Part shown: positions 1-13,489 of the stretch, piece after piece
Position numbering within the stretch: the stretch's first letter is position 1
How the letters are laid out: each line of letters begins with the position of its first letter
Assembly (NCBI GenBank): GCA_951406725.2
Contig: OX597814.1
Coordinates: 197,842,001 to 197,906,000, forward strand
Length of the DNA stretch: 64,000 nucleotides
Origin: Octopus vulgaris
Taxonomy: Eukaryota
Direction: 5' to 3'
Program-made: the position numbers and the translations under genes
The notes under the pieces: generated by a model
What the model saw: the letters and a program-made list of their open reading frames with translations, nothing else
What the model was told of the DNA's origin: nothing
Database searches by the model: none

Positions 1-150
1 TTTGCCAAACAACTAAAAGTTACGAGGGACATAAACAAACCAATAATGTCAAGCTGAGGTGCAGGACTAACACAAAGATACACACGCATACATACACATT
101 CATATATACACACACACACACGTGTGTGTGTGCATGTATATATATGAGGA

Positions 151-473
151 GACCCCTTCGGTCATGAATGACCATAAGATTGCACCTAGAAAGTTACCTT
201 CCGAAGCACAAGTCCGAGCAAGGTTGTTTATGGAAGGCCAGCAGTCGCCCATGCATACCGGCCTCCTCTCTCCACGCCACCAGTGTTATCCAAGGAAAAG
301 GCAAGGGCCGATACAGCTTGGTACCTGTGATGTCGCAACTCATTTCTACAGCTCAGTTAACTGGAGCAACGTGAAATAAGTGTCTTGCTCAAGAACACAA
401 TACACAGCCCGGTCAGGGAATCGAACTCACAACCTCACGATCGTAAGCTCGACGCTCTAACAACTGAGCCATG
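151..473 (-). mobile_element. tRNA-derived SINE, head type C with alternative tail E
   Basis: Minus strand has an A box TGGCTCAGTTGTTAG and a B box GAGTTCGATTCCC, then TGTGTTCTTGAGCAAGACACTTATTTCACGTTGCTCCAG as in the other C copies. It sits inside the microsatellite of an older type-A copy (1-100 and about 497-560). A tail fragment recurs at about 42085-42150. Confidence 0.8.
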
Positions 474-577
474 GTGTGTGTGTATGTATATATACTACAG
501 ACTTTCACACAGCTTGCGTCTGCCAGATCCACTCTATAAGCATTGATCGGTCCAACACATTAAGAGACACCCTAAAG

Positions 578-783
578 TGGGGAGCTGGCAGAATCGTTAG
601 CCCGCGGGCTTAGCGGCATTTCGTTCGCCTTCACATTCTGCGTTCACATTCCTCCGAGGTCGACCCTTTGTCTTTCTTCCTTTCGGGGTCGATAAAATAA
701 GCACCAATTGGACCCTGGGGTCGATATAGTCAATTTCCTCCTCTAAAATTGGTAACCTTGTACCAAAGTTCGAAACCATTATT
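578..783 (+). mobile_element. tRNA-derived SINE type B
   Basis: GAGCTGGCAGAATCGTTAGC head and CCTTTCGGGGTCGATAAA body, shared with more than 10 copies in the window. Confidence 0.75.
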
Positions 784-1280
784 GAAAGACACTGGTTCAT
801 GGTGCCGCGGAGTGGGGCTGAACCCATACGGTTGTAAAGCGATCTTTTTAACACAGTCACGAAAAAACAAAGGGAAGAATTTGACTGTATTTACTCCTTT
901 CCTTGATTCCAAGCTTTCCATTTTGTAAGGAAACACTTAAATTCTTGAATCCTTTTTTTTAACCAGTCAAGATAAGTAAAATACAATTTCATTTCTCAAT
1001 AACACTTCTTGATTTAATAAAATAATTTTGTGTGAAAAATAGAATGGAATTTCGTTGCAAATATAGATAAACCAGTATCTCTTTCCTGTGAATATTCTGT
1101 AAAATATCTTTGTTTTACCGAAAATATGACGAGTGCTAAGGTACTGAGTTAGAAAAACTCACTCAGTTAGAAAGCGCTGTAAGAAATAGTTTAAAGCTCT
1201 ATAAATAGATGATAAATATGATGCATGCCAGCAAGTGAGATGATGAAGATATGGTTTCCTTTATTTCGTTTCAGCACAAT

Positions 1281-1512
1281 GAATAATAATATTAATAATA
1301 ATAATAATGACAATAATAATAATAATAATGACAATAATAATAATAATGACAATAATAATAATAATGACAATAATAATAATAATGACAATAATAATAATGA
1401 CAATAATAATAATAATAATGACAATAATAATAATAATGACAATAATAATAATAATGACAATAATAATAATAATAATAATGACAATAATAATAATAATAAT
1501 AATAATAATGAC

Positions 1513-1544
<32 letters not shown>

Positions 1545-1993
1545 CAATAATAATAATAATAATAATAATAATGACAATAATAATAATAATAATAATAATA
1601 ATGACAATAATAATAATAATGACAATAATAATAATAATAATAAATAATAATAATAATAATAATAATGACAATAATAATAATAATAATGACAATAATAATA
1701 ATAATGACAATAATAATAATAATAATAATGACAATAATAATAATAATGACAATAATAATGACAATAATAATAATAATAATAATAATGACAATAATAATAA
1801 TAATAATAATAATGACAATAATAATAATAATAATGACAATAATAATAATAATAATGACAATAATAATAATAATAATAATGACAATAATAATAATAATAAT
1901 GACAATAATAATAATAATAATGACAATAATAATAATGATGACAATAATAATAATGATGACAATAATAATAATGATAATAATAATAATAATGAC

Positions 1994-2028
<35 letters not shown>

Positions 2029-2237
2029 CAATAATAATAATAATGACAATAATAATAATAATGACAATAACAATGACAATAACAATAATGACAATAATAA
2101 TAATAGTAGTAATAATAATAATAATAGTAATAATAATAATAGTAATAATAATAGTGATAATAATAATAGTAATAACAGTAATAATAATAACAGCAACAAC
2201 AACCAGTAACAGTAATAAGAATAACAACAACAATAAT
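1281..2237. repeat. (AAT)n microsatellite punctuated by GAC
   Basis: Read directly; explains the poly-N, poly-I and poly-L ORFs. Confidence 0.97.
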
Positions 2238-2562
2238 ACGGTTTTACGTTAGAATTTCTGTCAGTTGTACGTTGTGTGTGTGCGTGAGTGTGTATAGAAC
2301 ATGCCCGTGTATACATGTATATATATATGTATGTGTGTGTGTGTGGATGCATTTATGTGTGTGTCGATACATTATATACATATCTACCGTTTATCAGATT
2401 TTATATCCTGCCTTTGATGCATCATGCATGCGTACAGGGCTATCTTCCTATCCATCTCAGATAACAACATTGTGGGAGAGAAAATACTATTCTTGTGATG
2501 TGGAATAGGGATCAAATATTGTTCAATTCACTCCGATATCATCAAAGACAAGTTTCCCCTGA

Positions 2563-2597
<35 letters not shown>

Positions 2598-2775
2598 AAT
2601 CATCTTCTACATCAGCATCACTATCATCATCATCATCACTATTGTCATCATCATCATCATTGGCGTTTTATTATTATTATTACTATTATTATTATTATTA
2701 TTATTACCATAATCATCATCTACATCAGCATCACTATCATCATCATCATCACTATTGTCATCATCATCATTGGCG

Positions 2776-2814
<39 letters not shown>

Positions 2815-2879
2815 AATCATCATCTACATCAGAATCACTATTATCATCATCATCACTATTTTCATCATCATCGTTGGTG

Positions 2880-2914
<35 letters not shown>

Positions 2915-3033
2915 TCTCCTCCTTATCATCATTATTATTATTATTATTATTAACTTCTTCTCCTTATTATCATTATTATTATTATTATTATTAACTTCTT
3001 CTCCTTATCATCATTATTATTATTATTATTATT
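2563..3033. repeat. (TAT)n/(CAT)n tract with local tandem duplications of about 115 bp and 50 bp
   Basis: CCATAATCATC...CATCAGCATCACTATCATC occurs three times and AACTTCTTCTCCTTATCATC three times. Confidence 0.9.
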
Positions 3034-3765
3034 GATGTTGTTATATTGTTTGCATGCTTTTGTTGGGATTTTTTTCTAATGATGTTGTTTATGTTATTGT
3101 ACGTCATCATTGAAAGGTTGCGGTAACGGTGTTGGCCGTTATCGTTCGATAAGGAGTTTTCCTCCGAGCAGACATGTTAAACTAGTAAACAACTTCACTT
3201 CTTAAGCAACAACGCTTATTGAAAGAAACATCCAAATAAAATAAGTCACTGAAAGACAGAATTCAAAGGAATCTTTAAATGGATTCATTAGTTCCTCGCA
3301 ACAAATATTGTAACATATGTCAGCACAACTGAAAGACACTTTGGACAGCTTCTTTCGGAGACACTTACTTCTTAGTTTGACTAACTTTATTTTTATCTAA
3401 TCAACAACTGTTATTATTTAAGTTTTATTTAATATTTTATTTACGTATTTATATTTGCATAGTTTTTTTTTATATTTCTTATTTTTATTTATATTTCTTA
3501 TTTTTTTTATTTCTTTCTTTATATGTTTTTATTTATCTATTTTTACACTTTTTCAATGAAACTCCTTCCCGAACACACCAGTCTCTATGAATATATTTCT
3601 GTTTATTTATAGACTGTTTCCACCGAAAATAATCTCTTATGGTTTTGCTTCCATTTTCTGATTTTATTTGAAGTTAGATATAAGTACGAAGAAAGAAAAA
3701 AAAGCACATAACATTTATCTCATTTTTGTTTTTCTTATTATTTCTTCAATTTGTTGTTCCTATAG

Positions 3766-3835
3766 CTGACTTTATTCCTGCTGGCGACTTACGTCACGGA
3801 AGAGGAAGAATGTCAAAATGTCTAAAGAAAATAAT
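3766..3835 (+). CDS. possible upstream exon (weak)
   Basis: Pyrimidine tract plus TAG acceptor and a GTATGT donor enclose one open frame ([22 protein letters not shown]). Its phase does not join directly to the 16270 exon. Confidence 0.2.
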
Positions 3836-3906
3836 GTATGTGCGCAATTGTGTGTGTATGTGTATACATAGAAATATATGTATATATGTGTGTGTATGCA
3901 AATATG

Positions 3907-3908
<2 letters not shown>

Positions 3909-3946
<38 letters not shown>

Positions 3947-3984
3947 CATATATTTCTACAAAGACAGAGACATGAAGATAAGAC

Positions 3985-4021
<37 letters not shown>

Positions 4022-4269
4022 TATACATATGTATATACATTTATATATATATTTACATTTATATACGTATGTATATACATATATATGTATATATATTTAC
4101 ACTTTTACGTTATATATATATATCTATATATGTATGTCTATATATATATACACTTATACATTATATATCTATATATATCTATATATATATATTTGCACTT
4201 TTACATTATATATATATATATATATCACACTTTTACATTATATATATATATATATATTCACACTTTTAC

Positions 4270-4310
<41 letters not shown>

Positions 4311-4447
4311 CACTTTATACATTATATATATATATATATATTTACACTTTTACATTATATATATCTATATATATATGTATATATATATTTACACTTTTAC
4401 ATTATATATATCTATATATATATGTATGTATATATTTACACATTTAC

Positions 4448-4485
<38 letters not shown>

Positions 4486-5288
4486 CACTTTTTTATTATA
4501 TATATATGTATGTATCTATATATATATATTACACTTTTTTATTATATATATATGTATGTATGTATGTATATATATTTACACTTTTGTATTATATATATAT
4601 ATATATATATATACACTATATCTATATATATATATATATATATATTTACACTTTTGTATTATATATATATATATATATATATACACTTTTGTATTATATA
4701 TATATATTTACACTTTTGTATTATATATATATATATATATATTATTTACACTTTTGTATTATATATATATATATTTACACTGTTGTATTATATATATATA
4801 TATATATACACTTTTGTATCATATATATATATATTTACACTTTTGTATCATATATATATATATTACACTGTATCATATATATATATATATATATATATTT
4901 GTATTATATATATATATATATATATTTACACTTTTGTATTATATATATATATATACACTTTTGTATTATATATATATATATTTACACTATCATATATATA
5001 TATATTACACTTTTGTATTATATATATATATATTTACACTTTTGTATCATATATATATATATTTACACTTTTGTATTATATATATATATATATATATATT
5101 TACACTTTTGTATTATATATATATATATATATATTTACACTTTTGTATTATATATATTTATATATATATATATATATATATATTTATACACTTTTGTATT
5201 ATATATATATATATATATATATTTACACTTTTGCATTATATATATATACTATCCATTGATTTTTCTCAGTCGGGTATTCCCGGATGGA

Positions 5289-5324
<36 letters not shown>

Positions 5325-5681
5325 TTTATAGAAGGAGTTTCAGGACTAGTACTGTTTCATTCAAGAGAAATCTTCAGGAAGCCTGAAGATTTCTCTTATA
5401 TAATACACACCTGTATCCTTCTATAAAATAAATATTTTATATATGTATTGAGTACCTTACTACTGTGGTTAACCCGTATCAACCCGGGAACTACATATAT
5501 ATATGTATATATATATTTACACTTTTACATTATATATACACACATATATATATATATGTATATATATATTTACACTTTTGCATCATATATATACGTATAT
5601 ATATATATATATTTACACTTTTATTATATATATACGTAAGTATATATATATATATTTACACTTTTGCATTATATATATACG

Positions 5682-5719
<38 letters not shown>

Positions 5720-5937
5720 ACACTTTTGCATTATATATATGTATGTATATATATATATTTACACTTTTACATTATATATATGTATGTATGTATATATATT
5801 TACACTTTTGCATTATATATATGTATGTATATATATATATATTTTACACTTTTACATTATATATATATATACACACATATATATATGTATGTATATATAT
5901 ATTTACACTTTTGCATTATATATATATATATATATAT
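3909..5937. repeat. compound satellite (TA)n-TTTACACTTTT(G/A)
   Basis: Dozens of TTTACACTTTTGTATT/TTTACACTTTTACATT units separated by (TA)n of variable length. Confidence 0.95.
5322..5493. mobile_element. fold-back insertion in (TA)n, possibly a Penelope pLTR fragment
   Basis: Perfect 16-bp hairpin at 5363-5397 and an outer 15-bp inverted repeat (5322-5336/5416-5430). The minus strand reads CTGAAGA...GAAAC-AGTACT-A-GTC. Confidence 0.5.
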
Positions 5938-6769
5938 AGAATACCGGTCACAGAAATGAAGTAGACAATTACAAAATAAATAATAATACAATATTCTAGG
6001 ATTTATTATATTCATTTTTCTTGTTTGCTTTCATTTTTCATTTTTTTTTTACCTTCTCCAATTCTACTTTTCATTGAGTGGTATTTACACATAACTTAAG
6101 ATTCTAAATACAAATAATCGAATACTATACTTAATCGATACACATCCCATTCATTTCTTTTTCTCTTTTCTTTTTTTTTTTACTTTCTACTCCACCTTGA
6201 ATTATATCGATTCAGTATCAATAAGAACGAGAAATTACTCTTTTTATATTGTTCTTATCATTTTCTTGATAGATGCTTGGCAGCACCAGAGATTCTCTTC
6301 ACGTTCCTATGATTGTGATGTAATGGTAAAAAATTCTTGGCAGCAATTCAGACATTAACTTCAAACGTATCCGATTCCATCCGGGAATGCCCGACTGAGA
6401 AAAATCAATTGGATAGTAGTTAGATTCGAGATATATATATATATATATATTTATATATATTGTCTTACTACGATAATCCATCGCAGCATATTATTTTTGA
6501 AAAATATTTTCTTATTAAATTTTCTGCATATATAAAATACTGAATTGAAACGGAGAATTGACTAAAAAGTCGAATTCATGGCTAATGCTTCATGCTCCGC
6601 TAGCTTTATGCTCTGATAGGAGTATTTATCATGGCTACTGAGTTTTCTATATTCTTTAGACATGCTTGAGCCATCGGATGCTTCGCTGCGTGAGAATGTT
6701 TTCCATGTTTAGGAACTTGACCTTCTTTTGTGTAACGGGTTTCTTGACCTAGTAGTGAATATATTACCT

Positions 6770-7385
6770 ACATACATGCACCTATACATATATATATGCA
6801 TTCATATATACATACATATATATATGCATTCATATATACATACATATATATATGCATATATACATATATATATGCATTCATATATACATATATATATGCA
6901 TTCATATATACATACATATATATATGCATTCATATATATATATACATTCATATATATATATGCATTCATATATATATATGCATTCATATATACATATATA
7001 TATATATGCATTCATATATATATATATGCATTCATATATATATATATATGCATTCATATACATATATATATATGCATTCATATATATATATATGCATTCA
7101 TATATATATATGCATTCATATATACATATATATATATATGCATTCATATATATATATATGCATTCATATATATATATGCATTCATATATACATAGCTATA
7201 TATATGCATTCATATATATATATATGCATTCATATATATATATGCATTCATATATACATAGCTATATATATGCATTCATATATATATATATGCATACATA
7301 TATATATATATATGCATTCATATATATATATGCATTCATATATATATATGCATTCATATATACATAGCTATATATATATATGCAT
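6770..7385. repeat. compound satellite (TA)n-TGCATTCA
   Basis: Read directly. Confidence 0.95.
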
Positions 7386-8289
7386 ACAGAACCTGATATA
7401 CCAGGTAGGCATGTGTTCATCTCAAGTGATGACACCTGACATCATTACATATTTATACCTTCTAAATTAGTGATCTACAGCTGAATTTACAAGTGTGTGG
7501 GGTGTGTGGCTATGTGGGGGAGTTGTCTGTGTGGGGTGCGTGTGTGAGTTCTAAGTTGGGTGGGCGTGTGTATGTGTGTGGGGGTGTAGATGTATGTGTA
7601 GGTGCGTGTGTGTGTGTTTGAATATATTTGTGTATTTGTGTGTGAATGTTAGTGTGATTCTTGGAGTGCCTATTCATCGTTTCCAAAGAACCTTTCTGTG
7701 TATTTGTGTGTGTATTTATAAGTGTTTGTGTGTATGTGTGTGTATGTGTGTGTAATAACAGATTTAATTGTCGGTTAGAATTTACTATGCAACGTCCCCC
7801 CATTCGCCCTTCATATGGGGCTTTTATCTTTTCGTTACTCTCTAATTCCTCCCTAATCTTCTCTATAGTGCATTGATTTCATATGTCTGTACCTTATCCT
7901 GTATCATTTATTAATCAATGACCAACCAATTATTAATTGAAATAATCTTAAATATTTATTTAATTATGCAACTATCTACTCAATCACCCTCACATTTCTT
8001 TATTTTAATCATATAATTTATTTATTTAAATAGATAATTAAATATTTAATCATCCATTTATCTTATTGATTTAATAATTAGTTATTGTCTAAATTATCTA
8101 TTTAATTAATTGCTACTCATATAATGGCCTATTATAATAATGTTAGTGTTTTTTTTTTAAACGGACATTCATAATGAACCCGCCTCTAAATTATCTCTCT
8201 GTAACAGGTGACTGCCATAGATATTAGGCACCTCCTCTACATCTTTTTTTCTCATTTAGATTCTATGTCCAGAGTGTAGGACATAGATG

Positions 8290-8516
8290 ATCATGTCCTG
8301 CCACAATTCTCTGTTCAGTTTTTTTTCCTGTAACAGTAATAGACGTAGGGGTGGCTGTGTGGTAAGTAACTTGCTTACCAGCCACATGGTCCCGGGTTCA
8401 GTCCCACTGCGTGACACCTTGGGCAAGTGTCTTCTTCTATAGCCTCGGGCCGACCAAAGCCTTGTGAGTGAATTTGGTAGACGGAAACTGAAAGAAGCCT
8501 GTCGTATATATGTATG

Positions 8517-8547
<31 letters not shown>

Positions 8548-8950
8548 ATATATTTGTGTGTCTATGTTTGTCCCCCCAACATCGCTTGACAACTGATGCT
8601 GGTGTGTTTACGTCCCCGTAACTTAGCGGTTCGGCAAAAGAGACCGATGGAATAAGTACTAGGCTTCCAAAGAATAAGTCCTGGGGTCGATTTGCCCGAC
8701 TAAAAAGGCGGTGCTCCAGCATGGCCGCAGTCAAATGACTGAAACGAGTAAAAGAGTAAAAGAGAGAGAGTTCCACTTCCTCGTGTTTAATACTTCTCTC
8801 TTCAAACCAGTTCAGGCTTGGCTTCCAGATCATCCTTCTCCTTGCTCCGCTTTTTTTCCTTTTAGTCTTCCCGGTCATTGCTAAATAAAATCTCCAGGCC
8901 CTCTTTCTTCATCACATGACCAGGAAATCTCAGTTGCTTGTCCCTTATCT
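8290..8950 (-). pseudogene. RTE-clade LINE 3-prime remnant interrupted by a SINE
   Basis: Frameshifted translation resembling QLRFLGHVMKKEGLE..AMTGKTKRKKSGARRR at 8770-8950 and RELWQDMI at 8290-8340, typical of the RTE ORF C-terminus. Confidence 0.6.
8342..8765 (+). mobile_element. tRNA-derived SINE type A, full length
   Basis: A box TGGCTGTGTGG, B box GGTTCAGTCCC, CORE-like ACCTTGGGCAAGT, internal (TA)/(TG) tract and GTAAAAGA tail repeats. Confidence 0.9.
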
Positions 8951-8951
8951 C

Positions 8952-9222
8952 ACTTATTCTATCGGTCTCTTTTGCCGAACCACTGCGTTACGGGGACGTA
9001 AACACACCAGCATCGGGTGTCAAACGACGGTGGAGAAACAAATACAGACACATACATATATATATATACATACATATGTACGACGAGCGTCTTTCAGTTT
9101 CTGCATACCAAAACCACTCACAAAGCTTTGGTTGCCCCGAGGCTATAGAAGACACTTGCCCAAGGTGTCACGCAGTGGAACTGAACCCGGAACCATGTGA
9201 CTGGTAAGCAAGCTACTTACCA
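8952..9222 (-). mobile_element. SINE type A, partial
   Basis: Reverse complement of 8342-8765. Confidence 0.85.
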
Positions 9223-9328
9223 TAGAGATGATATTCTGCTATATTGAATCGACATCATCTAAGGGAGTAGTCACACACAGAAAGTTACAGCTATTGACAA
9301 AGGACTTTGCTCATCGAGACAGAATACA

Positions 9329-9854
9329 CAGGGTGTTCAAAAAGTCTCTCCGCAGAATAAATATTTGTAAGATGGTATAAGACTACAAAAGAGTATATTA
9401 GACTTTACAAGACCTTAAAAACCCTTATAAGAGGTGTTGAAAGTGTCGTCCTTCATTTTCAATACATAAGTTGACTCTTCTACACACGTTTTGAAACACA
9501 TCTTGGAGAGTATGACGCGTGAAGGTTATGATTGCATCTTTCAGCTTATTAATGGTTTTTCGGGCGATTTTTGTACACTGAACCGTTACTTGCTCCCCAG
9601 AAAAAAAAAGTCTGGCGGTGTTAAATCAGGAGATTTTGGTGACCAAAGTCCCTTCGAAGTAATCCGTCCACCGAAAAACTCTTAAAGTAGTGTCATGGTG
9701 ATGCACGAAGTATGTACTCTAGCTCCATCTTGCATTATTAATTTCACTTTCAGAGAGTTGACCTAGAAATGGATAGATAATATTTTAGCAATATCTCTCG
9801 GTGTTGATGGTGTCTTCAAAACTTCACTGCGGAAGAGACTTTTGGAACACCCTG
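9329..9854 (-). mobile_element. internally deleted Tc1/mariner-superfamily transposon
   Basis: TIRs CAGGGTGTTCAAAAAGTCTCTCCGCAG / CTGCGGAAGAGACTTTTGGAACACCCTG followed by TA. The minus strand encodes WSPKSPDLTPPDFFF, resembling the WPPRSPDLTPLDFFLWG motif. Confidence 0.85.
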
Positions 9855-10778
9855 TATAATAATATTGAAAACTTACTTTTTCTTCCGTTCCTTATTAGCA
9901 ACGCATGACGTCTGCGTGCAAGCACATGTAGAGAGAGAAAAGAAAAACAAGAGACAGAGAATGGCAGAGATAAGATTCTATTGTTTTGTTACTATAGAAT
10001 ATATATTTCTGTGACTATATCATTCCAGTGCTCAGATGCCGTGTGATTAAATCTTCTTCTAATTGCAACACTAGAAAGAATTCAAAAGTCAACAAAATAA
10101 CCACAAAACAGAAAATGATTAAAGGTTAATCTTCAAGTATATTAAATATTTAGATCACATTTAATTGATTAACTATTCCGTGATAGGAATATATACTACA
10201 TTAATGATCTCGAAATAAGCACTTCTAAAGCATGCTTTATCTTTGATATGAGACTTAAGCTGCATGAGAACATAAACTTTAGAGAACAAAGTAACTGAGT
10301 TCTTATTGAAACAAGATGAAACGTATTTCATATATATTTCCAATTCTTTTGCTCTTGTCTCTTATTTTTACCTAATTTTGGCGCAACATTGGTCTTTTAG
10401 AATCATCGATTTCTCTTTGCCTAACGTTACAAAGTAATCTATCAAACGAAATTACCATGATTCTCCAAATTTCTTTAGTTCCGATACAGAACTTATCTCA
10501 TTAATCAACGCATGCTCTATGTTCCTTGCATACGATTCCCTTTGATTACTTTGGCAATTCTTTCGCACTAATTTTCGTCCGTTTCGTTTCTTAAGTCTAT
10601 TCGAGTTTATCTACATAATCAAAATTATAGAGAAGATACATATAGTCAGTACTCTGTCACGAAATATCATAAATGTGTGTATGTGTGTGTGTATACAGAG
10701 TGATAGACATAGATAGATACACACACATATATATGTGTATGTACACACACACATAACTATATGTATGTGTGTATCCAC

Positions 10779-10852
<74 letters not shown>

Positions 10853-11294
10853 GCATACATATACACACATACATTAATGCATTTGTTTTGCAAGATTCTT
10901 GGTTTGAAATTGGGTCTTGAAACAGATAGTGCTATATTCGGAGATAGTCCTTTTCCCCAGTCATCAGAGTGTGTGTTTATTGATAAAAATGACCATCCCT
11001 ACTGTGTGGCTCGTTCAGTAAGTATAGATGTGTGTGTATGTGAGTGAATGTAATTTTACAGCCATCAAAATTCGTAGTGTGGCTTGTTTTGTCTCCTTTG
11101 TATCTATAACTTTGTGGTTCGACAAGGTGATCTCGATAAAATAAATACCTGATAGAAATAAGTACTGAGATCAATAAGATCAGCTAAACACATGAGGCGG
11201 TGGTCTAGTATGGCCATAGGACAAAGACTTAAAGAATATTACGCACACATACGCATCCATACGTTAAGAACACAGAGGCGCAGTCGTGACAAAT

Positions 11295-11570
11295 GGCGTT
11301 TGTGGATTTGTAGGCAAGCGCTTTCTCTACCTCCTGGTAGAATTCTTCCACTTCATTGTCTTCGCTAGCATTTCTGGGTACATAGGTCTGGATGATCATC
11401 TGGGTGGTATTTCTTAAGCTGCATGAGACGAACGTTTAGCACTCCGATGCTTCAAGAAGGCAGAAAATGATTTTCGAGGTTTGTTCTTTGATTATTACGA
11501 CCCCCTATACCACCTTTACTCTCGCACCTCTGCTTTTGCGAGTCTCTTGACCCTTTCATCTGTCCTACGC
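11295..11570 (-). pseudogene. RTE-clade LINE AP-endonuclease fragment
   Basis: GGIGVVIIKE...IIQTYVPRNASEDNEVEEFYQEVEKAL resembles the IQVYAPT...EEFY motif. Confidence 0.7.
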
Positions 11571-11607
<37 letters not shown>

Positions 11608-11608
<1 letters not shown>

Positions 11609-11913
11609 CACCGTGATCACCGTGATCGACCAGGCTATTAGATGTTGCTACACATCGCTGGTCACAATCGCATTGTTTTAGCCTTCAAATGACGCCACCC
11701 CGCTGGCTAAGCGAGCAGGCCAACAGAAGAAAGAGTGAGAGAAAGTTGTAGAGAAAGAGTACAGCAGGGATCGCCACCATCCCCTGCCGGGGCCTCGTGG
11801 AGCTTTAGGTGTTTTCGCTCAATAAACACTCACAATGCCCGGTCTGGGAATCGAAACCGCGATCCTACGACCGCGAGTCCGCTGCCCTAACCACTGGGCC
11901 ATTGCGCCTCCAC
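11608..11913 (-). mobile_element. tRNA-derived SINE, head type D with tail F
   Basis: GGAGGCGCAATGGCCCAGTGGTTAGGGCAGCGGACTCGCGGTCGTAGGATCGCGGTTTCGATTCCC head; tail ends in GATCACGGT repeats. Confidence 0.85.
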
Positions 11914-11946
11914 ATATATATATATATAGGCGCAGGATTATATATA

Positions 11947-12342
11947 GGCGCAGGATTGGATGTGTGGTAAGTAGCTTGCTTACCAACCACATGGTTCCGG
12001 GTTCAGTCCCACTGCGTGGCACCTTGGCCAACTGTCTTCTACTATAGCCTCAGGCCGACCAAAGCCTTGTGAGTGGATTTGGTAGACGGAAACTGAAAGA
12101 AGCCCGTCGTATCTATATATGTGTGTGTGTTTGTTTGAGTTTGCCCCCAAACACCACCACCATTATCACTTGACAACTGATGTTGGTGTGTTCACGTCCC
12201 CGTAACTTAGCGGTTCGGCAAAAGAGACCCACAGAATAAGTACTAGGCTTACAAAAGAATAAGTACTGGTATCGATTTGTTCGACTAAAGGCGGCGCTCC
12301 AGCATGGCCGCTGTCAAATGACTGAAACAAATAAAAGAAAGA
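11947..12342 (+). mobile_element. SINE type A
   Basis: Full-length match to the other A copies; lies head-to-head with the D copy. Confidence 0.9.
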
Positions 12343-13489
12343 AATATATATATATATATATATATATTGAAGCTAAAACGTTCTAAAATTTTGACTCTCA
12401 AACAATAAAAGAGATGGATCAGGCGATCTTATAATTGCACACGAAATAAATTTTGTAATCAATTAATTTATATAAAAAAAAAAATGAATGTCCAAATAGA
12501 CAAAAAACGTGCGAAAGTTTTATTCAAACCAGTCTAAAGTTCAACGGCTAAGCATTTTGCAATCGCTCAGCTAAAAATTCCGATTTATAATGATTAAGAT
12601 ATTGAATGCAATATGCATACTAACAAAAGAATTTCTTGAGTTATTTAGAGCGTAAATTATTATGCGCTAATCTTTGCTCCAAAACTCATTCGTTTTCGCC
12701 AAGAATTTTTTTTTTTTTTTGAATCGATGGTTCTGACGTCAAAATAATCATGCATGCAAGAATAATCACGTGTTGCTGTCTTTTGGATAGTAATATACTA
12801 ATGAAATAGAGTGAGACCAATTATTTTGATTTTGTGATGGTTAGCCATAAATTAGGAGAAATTTGTAAATTTATTGATCTTTTATTTTACATCTATTTCG
12901 TAATAGTTTAATATTTACGAAGTAAAGTGTGTTATACAGAGACAGTGGTCATAATATCCCACGGAATATGAATATTCAACAGCAGAATAAAGTTAGGAAT
13001 TAAAATTAATTATTTTAAAATGTTAAGAATTAAAGTTTTAAAAACTTTTACCTAAAAATTACGCTTGACATAAATTTGCATATAATTATTTCTTTTAGAT
13101 ATTTCCTTATATTTATGGACAAATACGCAAAATTTAGAAAGCCTAATGAAAAGTTAAAGTTCAAAATATCTCTTCAAACCTCCCGCTTACAGTTATTAAT
13201 AATAAATTCTGAAGACAATAATACGATACTGTTACTCAATATCTCATATGATATTGCTTTGAAACACTAGATTTCAGGATAAAATTAATCACATAAATAA
13301 TAATAGAGTTTCTACGTTTTGGCAAAAGCAATTAATAATACTAATGATAATGATAATCTATTGTGTTTATTTTCATGGCCTACCAATGTATACAATGAGT
13401 TCCTTTGCTCTAGGGATCGGGAAAACACCCGGCAAGAAATGGAAACAAAATTGAAGGAAGGGGATAATAATAATAATAATAATAATAAT

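Noticed and set aside
1191-7470. Long ORFs rich in N, I, L, Y, H (and similar ones at 22700-23200, 29460-31220, 32870-34215, 51970-52480, 62070-62790)
   Set aside because: Translations of microsatellites that are open in several frames; no protein-like content.
8342-8416. tRNA-like heads with A and B boxes
   Set aside because: Each continues into a SINE body and lacks a proper cloverleaf, so they are not tRNA genes.
8375-8878. Recurring peptides such as FAEPLSYGDVNTPASVVKR and RHLPKVPRSGTEPGTMW
   Set aside because: Antisense translations of SINE type A, not a gene family.
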